This document shows positions 19,067 to 30,007 of a stretch of DNA of 64,000 bases, one piece after another (position 1 is the first letter of the stretch; each line of letters starts with the position of its first letter). Below the pieces are notes generated by a model. That model made no database searches and was not told the origin of the DNA. It saw nothing but the letters and a program-made list of their open reading frames with translations. Origin of the DNA: OCS116 cluster bacterium AG-430-B22. GTDB taxonomy: Bacteria; Pseudomonadota; Alphaproteobacteria; MED-G09. Made by a program: the position numbers and the translations under genes. The DNA is taken from positions 21,032-85,031 of the forward strand of contig QCOD01000005.1 in the NCBI GenBank assembly GCA_003209955.1, in the 5' to 3' direction.

Positions 19067-19456
19067 ATGAATAATATTGAAAAAAGTCCTGATCAACGTC
19101 CTCTTTCACCTCATTTGCAGATATATAGGCCAACTATATCAATGATTATGTCTGTTATGCATAGGTTGACGGGATTGGGGTTATATTTTGGTGTAAGTTT
19201 TTTAATTTTCTGGTTTATTGCTCTCATACTTGGCCCCGAAAGTTATCAAAAATTTAATGCTATATTATCAATGCAAATTGTTCAGATTATATTCTTTGTT
19301 GTAACTTGGGCTTTTTTTCATCACCTATTTGGAGGAATTAGACATTTTATTTGGGATTTAGGTCTGGGCTTTAGTTTGAAGAGTGTTGATTTCTTATCAT
19401 ATATGACACTTGTTTTATCTCTTTTGTTCACCATATTAATATTTCTTCTAACTTGA
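19067..19456 (+). CDS. sdhC: succinate dehydrogenase cytochrome b556 subunit
   Basis: RPLSPHLQIYRP...SVMHRLTG plus three TM helices. First gene of the sdhCDAB cluster. Confidence 0.9.
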   Translation: MNNIEKSPDQRPLSPHLQIYRPTISMIMSVMHRLTGLGLYFGVSFLIFWFIALILGPESYQKFNAILSMQIVQIIFFVVTWAFFHHLFGGIRHFIWDLGLGFSLKSVDFLSYMTLVLSLLFTILIFLLT

Positions 19457-19471
19457 TTAAGGATAATTGAC

Positions 19472-19810
19472 TTGAGTAACAAATCCATAGGAACAAAGCA
19501 TTTTATAGCACAGAGATTGACTGCAATAGTTAACCTAATAGTTGGTATCCCTGCTTTTATAATTTTTTTAAAGGTTTACGATGAGGGTTACATAGCAATA
19601 AAAGGTTTACTCTCTCAAGAAATTGTATGGATACCAATGATAATTTATATTCTCTCTCTTTCATATCACATGAAGATAGGGGTTGGTCATATGTTAGATG
19701 ATTATTTTGATGGTGGTTTAAAATCTTTCCTTAGTTTAATGAATAATATTTATGTATATCTTGTCGCATTGCTTTCAACGATTGCTTTAATTATTTTGGG
19801 TATGTTTTAG
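19472..19810 (+). CDS. sdhD: succinate dehydrogenase hydrophobic membrane anchor subunit
   Basis: TTG start with AAGGA upstream. [10 protein letters not shown] motif, three TM segments, and its position between sdhC and sdhA. Confidence 0.8.
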   Translation: MSNKSIGTKHFIAQRLTAIVNLIVGIPAFIIFLKVYDEGYIAIKGLLSQEIVWIPMIIYILSLSYHMKIGVGHMLDDYFDGGLKSFLSLMNNIYVYLVALLSTIALIILGMF

Positions 19811-19812
19811 TT

Positions 19813-21609
19813 ATGAGTACAAAAGAATATAAATTTATAGATCATGAATATGATGTAGTGGTGGTTGGTGCTGGTGGTGCAGGTCTTAGAGCAACTTTAG
19901 GTTGTGCTGAGTCCGGATTAAAAACTGCGTGTATTTCAAAAGTTTTCCCAACAAGGAGCCATACTGTTGCTGCACAAGGTGGTATTTCAGCGGCCCTAGG
20001 TAATATGGGTGAAGATAATTGGCGTTGGCATATGTATGATACTGTTAAAGGCGCTGATTGGTTAGGCGACCAAGACGCTATTGAATATTTATGTAAGAAT
20101 TCTCCTGAAGCTGTATATGAATTAGAGCATTTTGGTGTTCCTTTTTCCAGAACCGAGGAGGGGAAGATATATCAAAGGCCTTTCGGCGGAATGACAACTG
20201 AATACGGTGAAGGACCACCAGCTCAAAGAACATGTGCTGCAGCGGATAGAACTGGCCACGCAATACTTCATACACTTTATGGTAAATCGATAAGCAATTC
20301 AGCAGATTTTTTCATAGAGTATTTTGCTATAGATTTAATTATGACAGATAGTGGAAAATGTGTTGGCGTTGTAGCCCTTTGCATGGAAACTGGAGAATTA
20401 CATAGGTTTCATTCTTCACAGACAATTTTGGCAACTGGTGGATATGGAAGAGCTTATTTTTCTGCAACATCAGCCCACACTTGTACAGGAGATGGATCTG
20501 CTATGGTTTTAAGAGCAGGTCTACCTTTACAAGATATGGAATTTGTTCAATTCCATCCAACTGGTATTTATGGTGCCGGATGTTTAATTACAGAAGGTTG
20601 TAGAGGTGAAGGAGGTTACTTAGTTAATTCAGAAGGTGAACGCTTTATGGAAAGATATGCTCCTAAAACTAAAGATCTTGCCTCAAGAGATGTGGTTTCA
20701 AGAGCAATGACGATTGAAATACGTGAGGGTAGAGGAGTTGGAGAGGAGAAAGATCATATTTTCTTACATCTTGATCATATAGATGCAGATATTCTAGCCG
20801 AAAGACTTCCAGGAATTTCTGAATCAGCAAAAATATTTGCTGGTGTTGATGTTACAAGAGAGCCAATACCAGTTCTTCCTACTGTCCATTATAATATGGG
20901 CGGTATTCCAACAAATTATATGGGCGAAGTCCTTAATCCAACTGAAGATGATGAAGACAATATTGTCCCAGGTCTCATGGCTATAGGTGAAGCTGCGTGT
21001 GCTTCTGTTCATGGTGCAAATAGACTTGGATCAAATTCACTTATAGATTTAGTTGTCTTTGGCAGGGCTGCAGCACTTCGTTGTTCAGAAACTGTTAAAC
21101 CAGGAAAAATAGCTGAAGAATTACCAAAAGATGCAGGGAAAAACTCTATAGCAAGACTGGATAAATTTAGAAATGCAACTGGTGAAGTTCCTACATCAGA
21201 ATTAAGACTAAGTATGCAAAAGACTATGCAAAATAATTGTGCAGTTTTTAGAACTCAAGATGTTTTAGAGGAAGGAAGAGAATTAATTACTAAAGTATAT
21301 AATAATCTTCCAAATATTGGTATAAGTGATAGATCTTTGATTTGGAATACTGATTTAATTGAAGCCTTGGAGCTTGATAACATGATGAGTCAAGCAATGG
21401 TGACAATGGTAGGTGCAGAACAAAGAGCAGAAAGCCGAGGTAGTCATGCTAGAGAAGATTTTCCAGATAGAGATGATGATAATTGGATGAAGCATACTCT
21501 GGCTTGGATAACTGATGATGGTGAGGTAAGCATCGATTACCGAAGAGTTCATGAAAGAACCCTTACTAACGATGTGGCATATATTCCACCGAAAGAAAGA
21601 GTGTATTAG
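19813..21609 (+). CDS. sdhA: succinate dehydrogenase flavoprotein subunit
   Basis: [24 protein letters not shown] (covalent FAD His), [19 protein letters not shown]. Confidence 0.95.
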   Translation: MSTKEYKFIDHEYDVVVVGAGGAGLRATLGCAESGLKTACISKVFPTRSHTVAAQGGISAALGNMGEDNWRWHMYDTVKGADWLGDQDAIEYLCKNSPEAVYELEHFGVPFSRTEEGKIYQRPFGGMTTEYGEGPPAQRTCAAADRTGHAILHTLYGKSISNSADFFIEYFAIDLIMTDSGKCVGVVALCMETGELHRFHSSQTILATGGYGRAYFSATSAHTCTGDGSAMVLRAGLPLQDMEFVQFHPTGIYGAGCLITEGCRGEGGYLVNSEGERFMERYAPKTKDLASRDVVSRAMTIEIREGRGVGEEKDHIFLHLDHIDADILAERLPGISESAKIFAGVDVTREPIPVLPTVHYNMGGIPTNYMGEVLNPTEDDEDNIVPGLMAIGEAACASVHGANRLGSNSLIDLVVFGRAAALRCSETVKPGKIAEELPKDAGKNSIARLDKFRNATGEVPTSELRLSMQKTMQNNCAVFRTQDVLEEGRELITKVYNNLPNIGISDRSLIWNTDLIEALELDNMMSQAMVTMVGAEQRAESRGSHAREDFPDRDDDNWMKHTLAWITDDGEVSIDYRRVHERTLTNDVAYIPPKERVY

Positions 21610-22386
21610 ATGGCCGAATTAGTATTACCTAAGAATTCAAAAGTTAAAGATGGAAAAAAGTATCCTCTTGATTCGGGTAGTAAAAATAAAAAATCATTCA
21701 AAGTATATCGTTGGGATCCTGAGAAAAATGATAACCCAAGATATGATTTATATGAGATTGATCTCGATAAATGTGGACCTATGGTTTTGGATGCTCTTAT
21801 TAAAATTAAAGATGAAATAGACTCAACACTTACTTTTAGAAGGTCATGTCGGGAAGGAATCTGTGGATCTTGTGCTATGAATATTGATGGCGTCAACACT
21901 TTAGCTTGCACAATGGCTATAGAAGATACAAAGAAAGAGGTAGGCATTAATCCTCTTCCACATCAACCAGTAGTCAAGGATTTAGTTCCAGATCTGACAA
22001 ATTTTTATAATCAACATAAAAAGATACAACCCTGGCTGAAAACCAATGGTAAGTCTACAGAAGCTGAATTCTCTCAATCTAAGGAAGAAAGAGAGAAAAT
22101 TGATGGATTATATGAATGTATTATGTGTGCCTGTTGCTCAACATCTTGCCCAAGTTATTGGTGGAATTCTGATAAATATCTTGGTCCTGCAGCCCTTTTA
22201 CAAGCATATAGGTGGATTAGTGATAGTAGAGATGAGGAAAAACAAAAGCGACTAGACCAACTTGATGATGAATTTAAAGTATATAGTTGTAGGACAATAA
22301 TGAATTGTTCAAAAGCATGCCCTAAAGGGTTATCCCCAGCAAAAGCTATCGCAGGTATAAAAAAAGAATTGGCTTCAAGAAAATAA
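21610..22386 (+). CDS. sdhB: succinate dehydrogenase iron-sulfur subunit
   Basis: [28 protein letters not shown] and [12 protein letters not shown] cluster motifs. Confidence 0.95.
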   Translation: MAELVLPKNSKVKDGKKYPLDSGSKNKKSFKVYRWDPEKNDNPRYDLYEIDLDKCGPMVLDALIKIKDEIDSTLTFRRSCREGICGSCAMNIDGVNTLACTMAIEDTKKEVGINPLPHQPVVKDLVPDLTNFYNQHKKIQPWLKTNGKSTEAEFSQSKEEREKIDGLYECIMCACCSTSCPSYWWNSDKYLGPAALLQAYRWISDSRDEEKQKRLDQLDDEFKVYSCRTIMNCSKACPKGLSPAKAIAGIKKELASRK

Positions 22387-22413
22387 TTATATTAAATGCC
22401 TCTTGAGGTGTTT

Positions 22414-23499
22414 ATGAAATCCATATCATCATTATATAAAGATTATCTTCGTAAAGATTTAATCATCTTTGATGAAAAACAGGTAGAAATTGTTTCTAAG
22501 ATTAAAGATATTATCCCAAAAAATTTTGGCATAAAAGAAAGAATAATTAGTCTATTTTATCAAAGAAGAAGTATTAGCAAAGGTATTTATTTATGGGGTA
22601 AAGCGGGGTCAGGAAAGACTATGATCATGGATATGTGTTTTGCTATTTCAAATATCAAGGGGAAGCAAAGAATCCACTTTCAAGAATTTATGATAGACAT
22701 ACACAACAGGCTTCATGAAATTAGAAAAAATACAAATATAAAAGACCCCCTTAATATAGTGGCTAAGGAAATATCTAATGAAGTTGATTTTTTATGTTTT
22801 GATGAATTCCAAGTAAATGATATTGCGGATGCCTCTATCTTATATAAATTATTTAATTTGATGCTTGAAAATGGAACATTCATTTTTGTTACATCAAATA
22901 TAATACCTAAAGATTTATATAAAGATGGCCTTCAAAGAGATAGATTTATTTCTTTTATTAAATTAATCGAAAATAATTTTTTGAATTTAGAATTATCCAC
23001 GAAGAAAGATTATAGAAGAGATAAACTGCAGAATGTTAATACATATTTTTCAAAATTAAGTCATGAAACTAATGAAGAAGTTGAAAAATTATTTGATAAA
23101 TTATCCAATGGATCTTCCATAGAGAGGCGAGAATTATTAGTTAAAGGTAGAAAAATTAATGTCGATAAACATGCTATGGGTTGTGCAAGTTTTGATTTTG
23201 ATGAACTTTGCAATAATCCTTTAGGCTCAGAGGATTATTTAGCAATTGCCAGAGAATTTGAAATAGTGTTCATAAGAAATATTCCCAAATTGTCTTCTGA
23301 TAAAAGGAATCAAACAAAACGATTAATTTTATTGATAGATGCATTATATGATAATCATAAAATGACAATAGTTTCTGCAGATGGTGAACCTGAAGAAATA
23401 TATTCTGGCAAAGAGTTAGAAATAGAGTTCAAAAGGTGTGTTTCTAGGTTGCACGAAATGAGATCTGAAGACTATATAGATTCTTCAAGAATTGATTGA
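22414..23499 (+). CDS. zapE: AFG1/ZapE-family ATPase
   Basis: Walker A GKAGSGKTMIMD, Walker B LCFDEFQVNDIADA. Sits between sdhB and mdh, as is usual in alphaproteobacteria. Start set to ATG 22414, preceded by GAGG. Confidence 0.8.
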   Translation: MKSISSLYKDYLRKDLIIFDEKQVEIVSKIKDIIPKNFGIKERIISLFYQRRSISKGIYLWGKAGSGKTMIMDMCFAISNIKGKQRIHFQEFMIDIHNRLHEIRKNTNIKDPLNIVAKEISNEVDFLCFDEFQVNDIADASILYKLFNLMLENGTFIFVTSNIIPKDLYKDGLQRDRFISFIKLIENNFLNLELSTKKDYRRDKLQNVNTYFSKLSHETNEEVEKLFDKLSNGSSIERRELLVKGRKINVDKHAMGCASFDFDELCNNPLGSEDYLAIAREFEIVFIRNIPKLSSDKRNQTKRLILLIDALYDNHKMTIVSADGEPEEIYSGKELEIEFKRCVSRLHEMRSEDYIDSSRID

Positions 23500-23534
23500 T
23501 CTTTTATTAAAAGAATAGTTTATACAATATATGA

Positions 23535-24539
<1,005 letters not shown>

Positions 24540-24561
24540 GTAAATTTTAATAGGTTGAGAA

Positions 24562-25719
24562 ATGAATATTCATGAGTATCAAGCAAAAGCAATTTTAAAA
24601 AATTTTAATGTCCCAGTACCTAAAGGTGAGATTCTCCTCTCTAAAGATAATATTTTGGAAGCAGCCAAAAATGTATCTGATAATCTTTGGGTTGTGAAAG
24701 CACAAATTCATGCTGGTGGAAGAGGTAAAGGCGGAGGAGTTAAAATTGCGAAATCCTTAGAAGAGGTTGAAACACTAGTTGATGAAATAATGGGGATGCA
24801 GTTGATTACTCATCAAACTGGACCTGAAGGAAAAAAAGTTAGAAGAGTTTATATAGAAGAAGGATCAAATATTTCAGATGAATTGTATTTATCTCTTTTG
24901 GTAGATAGGCAGTCATCTCAAGTTAGTTTCATTGTATCAACTGAAGGGGGAGTCAATATAGAAGAGGTTGCAGAAAAAACCCCTGAGAAAATAACTACAG
25001 TTTCTATTGATCCAGATGCCGGTGTTACTGATGATGATGTAGAAAATTTATCTTCAGCTTTGAATTTAGATGGTGATTTAAAAGCACAAGGATCAGATTT
25101 ATTTAGAAGCCTTTACACTGCTTTTGTTGAGAGCGATATGAGTCTTCTTGAAATAAATCCTTTAGTTATTACAGGAGAGAATAATATAATTTGTTTAGAT
25201 GCAAAGGTTAATTTTGACTCTAATGCATTGTTTAGACATCCTGAATACCAAGAATTGATTGATCCTTCGGAAGAAGATGAGGCTGAATTAAAAGCATCAG
25301 AATTTGGTCTTAGTTATATTAAACTTGATGGTAATATAGGATGTCTTGTTAATGGAGCAGGTTTAGCCATGGCAACAATGGACATCATTAAACTTTATGG
25401 AGCGGAACCTGCAAACTTTTTAGATGTAGGAGGTGCCGCGACAAAAGAATTAGTAACCGAAGCTTTTAAAATTATCCTATCAGATAAGAATGTTGAAGGA
25501 ATTCTAGTTAATATTTTTGGTGGTATTATGAGATGTGATGTTGTCGCTGAGGGTATTATTAGTGCAGCTAATGAAGTCAATATTTCAGTACCATTAGTAG
25601 TTAGGCTTGAGGGAACAAATGTAGACCTTGGAAAAAAGATTATTGAAAATTCTGATTTATCAATTATTAGTGCTTCAGATCTTGATGATGCATCGAAAAA
25701 GATAACAGAAGCTATATAG
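24562..25719 (+). CDS. sucC: succinyl-CoA synthetase beta subunit
   Basis: [55 protein letters not shown]. Confidence 0.95.
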   Translation: MNIHEYQAKAILKNFNVPVPKGEILLSKDNILEAAKNVSDNLWVVKAQIHAGGRGKGGGVKIAKSLEEVETLVDEIMGMQLITHQTGPEGKKVRRVYIEEGSNISDELYLSLLVDRQSSQVSFIVSTEGGVNIEEVAEKTPEKITTVSIDPDAGVTDDDVENLSSALNLDGDLKAQGSDLFRSLYTAFVESDMSLLEINPLVITGENNIICLDAKVNFDSNALFRHPEYQELIDPSEEDEAELKASEFGLSYIKLDGNIGCLVNGAGLAMATMDIIKLYGAEPANFLDVGGAATKELVTEAFKIILSDKNVEGILVNIFGGIMRCDVVAEGIISAANEVNISVPLVVRLEGTNVDLGKKIIENSDLSIISASDLDDASKKITEAI

Positions 25720-25728
25720 GAAAATAAT

Positions 25729-26604
25729 ATGTCAGTTTTAATAGATAAAAATACCAAAGTTATTTGTCAGGGTATAACAGGTTCTCAGGGAACTTTTCAT
25801 TCACAGCAGGCCATCGAATATGGGACTAAAATGGTAGGCGGTGTTAAACCTGGGGCTGGAGGAAGTAAACACCTTGATCTACCAGTATTTGATAATGTTA
25901 AAGACGCAGTTTCAGAAACCGGAGCAAATGCATCAGTCATTTATGTTCCTCCTCCTTTTGCGGGCGCTGCTATTCTCGAGGCTGTTGATGCGGAAATAGA
26001 TCTTGTCGTATGTATTACTGAAGGAATTCCTGTTTCTGATATGGTTAAAGTAAAAAAAGCTTTATCTAATTCAAAATCAAGACTTATTGGACCTAATTGC
26101 CCAGGTATTATTACACCTGATCAGTGTAAGATTGGCATTATGCCGGGTCATATCCATCAAAAAGGTACAGTTGGTATTGTCTCTCGCTCAGGTACATTAA
26201 CTTATGAAGCTGTTGGTCAAACTACTGCATGTGGTTTAGGTCAATCAACTTGTATTGGTATCGGCGGTGATCCTGTGAATGGTACCAATTTTATTGATTG
26301 CTTAGACTTATTTCTTTCAGATAATGAAACAGAGTCAATTATTATGATTGGTGAAATAGGAGGTACAGCTGAGGAAGAAGCTGCTGAGTTTTTAAAAAAT
26401 TCAAAAATAAAGAAACCTATTGTTGGCTTTATAGCAGGCTTAACTGCACCGCCCGGAAGAAGAATGGGTCATGCTGGTGCAATTATTTCTGGCGGTAAAG
26501 GAGGAGCTGATGATAAGATTGAAGCCCTGAAAGATGCAGGAGTTATAATTTCAAATTCACCAGCAGGATTAGGTAAAACTTTATTAAGTGTATTAGGAAA
26601 ATAA
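25729..26604 (+). CDS. sucD: succinyl-CoA synthetase alpha subunit
   Basis: [40 protein letters not shown] (phospho-His loop). Confidence 0.95.
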   Translation: MSVLIDKNTKVICQGITGSQGTFHSQQAIEYGTKMVGGVKPGAGGSKHLDLPVFDNVKDAVSETGANASVIYVPPPFAGAAILEAVDAEIDLVVCITEGIPVSDMVKVKKALSNSKSRLIGPNCPGIITPDQCKIGIMPGHIHQKGTVGIVSRSGTLTYEAVGQTTACGLGQSTCIGIGGDPVNGTNFIDCLDLFLSDNETESIIMIGEIGGTAEEEAAEFLKNSKIKKPIVGFIAGLTAPPGRRMGHAGAIISGGKGGADDKIEALKDAGVIISNSPAGLGKTLLSVLGK

Positions 26605-26605
26605 T

Positions 26606-28009
26606 ATGACAGATAGTTATGATATTGCAGTTATTGGCTCAGGACCAGGTGGTTATGTTTGTGCTATAAGGGCTGCACAACTTGGTTTAAGTGTAATATG
26701 TATTGATAAAAGAGGAAGCCACGGAGGAACCTGCTTAAATGTTGGTTGCATTCCATCTAAAGCTTTACTTCATGCATCTGAGTTATTTATAGAAAAGAGT
26801 AAATTTTCCTCTATGGGGATTGAAGCTGATAATATTTCTTTAAACTTAAGTTCAATGATGACTTATAAGGAAGAAGGTGTTCAAGGAAATGTTAAAGGAA
26901 TAGATTTTCTCTTTAAAAAAAATAAGATTGAAAATATTTATGGCGAGGCGCAGATTATCGAAAATAATAAAATTTCAATCAATTTGAATGATGGCGATAA
27001 TAAAGAGATTGAAGCTAAAAATATTGTTATTGCTACTGGATCAATTCCAACATCAATACCTGGTGTAGAAATTACTGGTAATAAAATTATTTCATCTACT
27101 GAAGCGCTTTCATTAAGTGAAGTACCTAATAGGCTAGTTGTTGTTGGAGGTGGGTATATCGGTCTTGAATTAGGCTCTGTTTGGTCAAGATTAGGGTCTG
27201 AAGTTACAGTTATAGAATATTTAGATAGAATTACTCCTGGAATGGATAATGAAGTATCAGCAGCTTTACAAAAAATATTAGCAAAGCAAGGATTAAGTTT
27301 TTCTTTAAATTCACAAGTAGTATCTGTGACTGAAACTGGTTCAAATGTCTCTATTGCAGTAAAAAATAGAGAAAATAATGAGGAAGAAAATATTGAGGCC
27401 GATTATGTTTTGGTTTCTACCGGTAGGAAGCCATATATAGAAAATTTATTTAGTGATGGCATTGATATTGAAAAAACTGAAAATGGATTTATCAAAACTG
27501 ACTCTCATTTAAGAACAAATTTGGACGGTATTTGGGCCATTGGTGATGTTGTCGAAGGACCGATGCTTGCTCATAAAGCTGAAGAGGAAGGAATTGCTGT
27601 AGCTGAGCTTATCGCAGGTAAGCCAGGTCATGTTAATTATGATATAATTCCAAGCGTGATTTATACAAATCCAGAGGTTGCATCAGTTGGTATGACAGAG
27701 GAACAGCTCAAAGAGAAATCAATCGATTATTCTATTGGAAAATTTCCTTTTATGGCCAATGGAAGAGCAAAAGTTAATAATACGACCGAAGGATTTGTTA
27801 AAATTTTATCATCAACAGACACGGATCAAATTTTAGGTGTTCACATAATTGGTGACCAAGCAGGTAATATGATTGGTGAGGCTGCAGTAGCTATGGAATT
27901 TGAGGCTACATCAGAGGACCTTGCCAGAATATGTCATGCCCATCCTACTCTTTCAGAAGCTATAAAAGAGGCGGCATTATCTGTAGATGGTAGAGCATTG
28001 CATATGTAA
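26606..28009 (+). CDS. lpdA: dihydrolipoyl dehydrogenase (E3)
   Basis: VIGSGPGGYVCAIRAAQLG, redox-active GGTCLNVGCIPSK, C-terminal HAHPTLSEA. Confidence 0.95.
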   Translation: MTDSYDIAVIGSGPGGYVCAIRAAQLGLSVICIDKRGSHGGTCLNVGCIPSKALLHASELFIEKSKFSSMGIEADNISLNLSSMMTYKEEGVQGNVKGIDFLFKKNKIENIYGEAQIIENNKISINLNDGDNKEIEAKNIVIATGSIPTSIPGVEITGNKIISSTEALSLSEVPNRLVVVGGGYIGLELGSVWSRLGSEVTVIEYLDRITPGMDNEVSAALQKILAKQGLSFSLNSQVVSVTETGSNVSIAVKNRENNEEENIEADYVLVSTGRKPYIENLFSDGIDIEKTENGFIKTDSHLRTNLDGIWAIGDVVEGPMLAHKAEEEGIAVAELIAGKPGHVNYDIIPSVIYTNPEVASVGMTEEQLKEKSIDYSIGKFPFMANGRAKVNNTTEGFVKILSSTDTDQILGVHIIGDQAGNMIGEAAVAMEFEATSEDLARICHAHPTLSEAIKEAALSVDGRALHM

Positions 28010-28014
28010 CAAGT

Positions 28015-29277
28015 TTAATTTTGAATTTTATCATATTCCTGTTTGAGATAGTCATCATCTAATTTTGTATAAATTTGGGTTGTATCAATTGACTCATGCC
28101 CAAGTAATTTTTGTATTTTTCTGATGTTAATTCCATTTTGTAGTAAATGTGATGCAAAACTATGTCTTAATGAATGTGGTGTAGCTTCAGAAGGAATTTT
28201 ACCTGGATAAATCTTTATCAATTTTTTCATGCTTCGTTGAATATCTCTCGCTGTTAGTCCTGATTTATCTTGTGAAGTAATTTTCATAAACAAAGGATCA
28301 TTATTAACGATCTCGATATTTGTTGAAGCTCTAAGAGCTCCAATATATTTGGATACTTTTTCTTTAATGATTGGAAGAATTGGTATGTAGCGCTCTTTTT
28401 TTCCTTTACCAATAACTTTTATTTGATCATTAAATGGTGTATCAGAAAATTTGAATTGTAAAACCTCTGATACCCTTAAACCTGTTGAATAAATAAAGTA
28501 TATTACCGCTATATCCCTTCTGTGTTGCCAGGAATTCCAATCTCTATCGCTTTTGGATTGATCAGGATCAATAAATTTAAGAAAATTAATTAAATCCTCT
28601 TCTTTAAAAGTCTTGTTAGAGATTCTCTTATCATACTTAGTAGTTGATATTTTATTAAATGAGTGATTTTTCCAATTATTTCTTTCAGAGAGAAATTTAA
28701 AATAGTTTCGGAGTACTGATTGGCATCTTGCAAGACTTCTTTTACTTTTTTCTTTTTCTTTATATTTCTTTATACATCCATTTAAACATAGAATTTCAAT
28801 CTTTCTTGAAATATCACCATATTTTTTAAAAATTTCTTTACCAGAGAATATCTCGCCTCGGAATTCTTTTTCAATATCATTAATAAGGTCTACATTATCT
28901 TTGTTTGAAAAAAAATCTTTATGGCCAATTGAAATATCTTTCGGCTCTTTATCTTCAAAGGTAAAATAATTATTAATCATTTCTTCTTTCAAAGTTTCAT
29001 ATTTCTTTGATTTTCCTAAATAGAAACTTTGGTATGCTAAAAAATCAGTATCCAGAAAATTTTCTAAATCTTTAAGTGAAGTATTGTTGCCAGTATATAA
29101 ATAGCAGAAGTTAAGAAAATGAAAGACTGTTCTGCTATATTCATTAATAGTAAGCTGACTTTTATTTTGTAATATAAGGCTCTTAATATAATCTCTTGTT
29201 ACTAACTCAAGATTTTTATCTACATATGAAAAATTAAGCGTTTTTGGATAATTAAGTTTTTCACTCTCTTTTTTCAT
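28015..29277 (-). CDS. XerC/XerD-family tyrosine recombinase with enlarged N-terminal domain
   Basis: Catalytic residues are present: STGLRVSEV (Arg), HSLRHSFASHLL (H-x-x-R), LLGHESIDTTQIYTKL (His, Tyr). Start set to ATG 29277, 1 nt after the tal stop; the track start 29316 overlaps tal by 38 nt. Confidence 0.8.
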   Translation of the reverse strand: MKKESEKLNYPKTLNFSYVDKNLELVTRDYIKSLILQNKSQLTINEYSRTVFHFLNFCYLYTGNNTSLKDLENFLDTDFLAYQSFYLGKSKKYETLKEEMINNYFTFEDKEPKDISIGHKDFFSNKDNVDLINDIEKEFRGEIFSGKEIFKKYGDISRKIEILCLNGCIKKYKEKEKSKRSLARCQSVLRNYFKFLSERNNWKNHSFNKISTTKYDKRISNKTFKEEDLINFLKFIDPDQSKSDRDWNSWQHRRDIAVIYFIYSTGLRVSEVLQFKFSDTPFNDQIKVIGKGKKERYIPILPIIKEKVSKYIGALRASTNIEIVNNDPLFMKITSQDKSGLTARDIQRSMKKLIKIYPGKIPSEATPHSLRHSFASHLLQNGINIRKIQKLLGHESIDTTQIYTKLDDDYLKQEYDKIQN

Positions 29278-29278
29278 C

Positions 29279-29935
29279 TCAGAGAATTTTTTGACCACTA
29301 TCATTCCAATCATCAAGAAAAGCTTTTAATCCTTTATCTGTTAACGGATGATTCGCTAATTCTGATACAACTTGTGGAGGAAGGGTAGCAATATCTGCTC
29401 CATAAAGCGCAGCTTTTTTAACATGTTCTATATTTCTTACTGATGCCGCAAGAATTTCTGTTTTTAGCATGGGGTAATTATCATAAATAGTTTTAATATC
29501 GCGGATAAGGTCCATGCCATCTTCTCCAATATCATCCAGTCTTCCTATAAACGGAGATATGAATGTTGCACCAGCTTTTGCAGCCAATAAAGCCTGCGTA
29601 GCAGAAAAACATAAGGTAACATTTATCATAATTTTTTTATCTGATAATGCTTTACATGCTTCTAAACCGGCCCATGTTAGAGGAACTTTTATCGCTACAT
29701 TCTTTGCTATTTTACTAAGTACTAATCCTTCCTCAATCATTCCTTCGGCATTTGTTGCCGTAACTTCAGCACTAACTGGCCCTGATGTTATAGAACAAAT
29801 TTCTTTGATTACATCTTTAAAATCTCTACCTGATTTTGCAATTATAGAAGGATTAGTAGTTACCCCATCTACCATTCCTGATTTCGTAAATTCTGTAATG
29901 GCTTCAATATCAGCACTATCTATAAAAAATTTCAT
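29279..29935 (-). CDS. tal: transaldolase family 3B (TalC/Fsa-type, about 218 aa)
   Basis: [13 protein letters not shown]...[20 protein letters not shown] (Schiff-base Lys), [10 protein letters not shown]. Confidence 0.9.
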   Translation of the reverse strand: MKFFIDSADIEAITEFTKSGMVDGVTTNPSIIAKSGRDFKDVIKEICSITSGPVSAEVTATNAEGMIEEGLVLSKIAKNVAIKVPLTWAGLEACKALSDKKIMINVTLCFSATQALLAAKAGATFISPFIGRLDDIGEDGMDLIRDIKTIYDNYPMLKTEILAASVRNIEHVKKAALYGADIATLPPQVVSELANHPLTDKGLKAFLDDWNDSGQKIL

Positions 29936-30007
29936 TTGCTATCCTGTTTATATATCTAATTTTAATTCCATATTCTTTTATTAATACAATATAATCTGAT
30001 ATTGCTA

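Noticed and set aside
28015-29316. Tyrosine recombinase considered as the integrase of a prophage or genomic island
   Set aside because: No phage, transposase or conjugation genes, no adjacent tRNA and no flanking direct repeats are visible. It sits within housekeeping genes (lpdA, tal, priA, atp operon), which suggests a chromosomal XerC/XerD-type recombinase rather than a mobile-element integrase.
29514-29984. 156-aa plus-strand ORF opposite the transaldolase gene. Similar shadow ORFs occur at 25395-25757 (opposite sucC/sucD), 21606-21947 (opposite sdhB), 17030-17317, 15190-15465, 37144-37458 and 3083-3406
   Set aside because: All are antisense to genes with unambiguous conserved motifs. 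All have Ser/Ile/Leu/Phe-rich shadow-frame composition and no recognisable domains.
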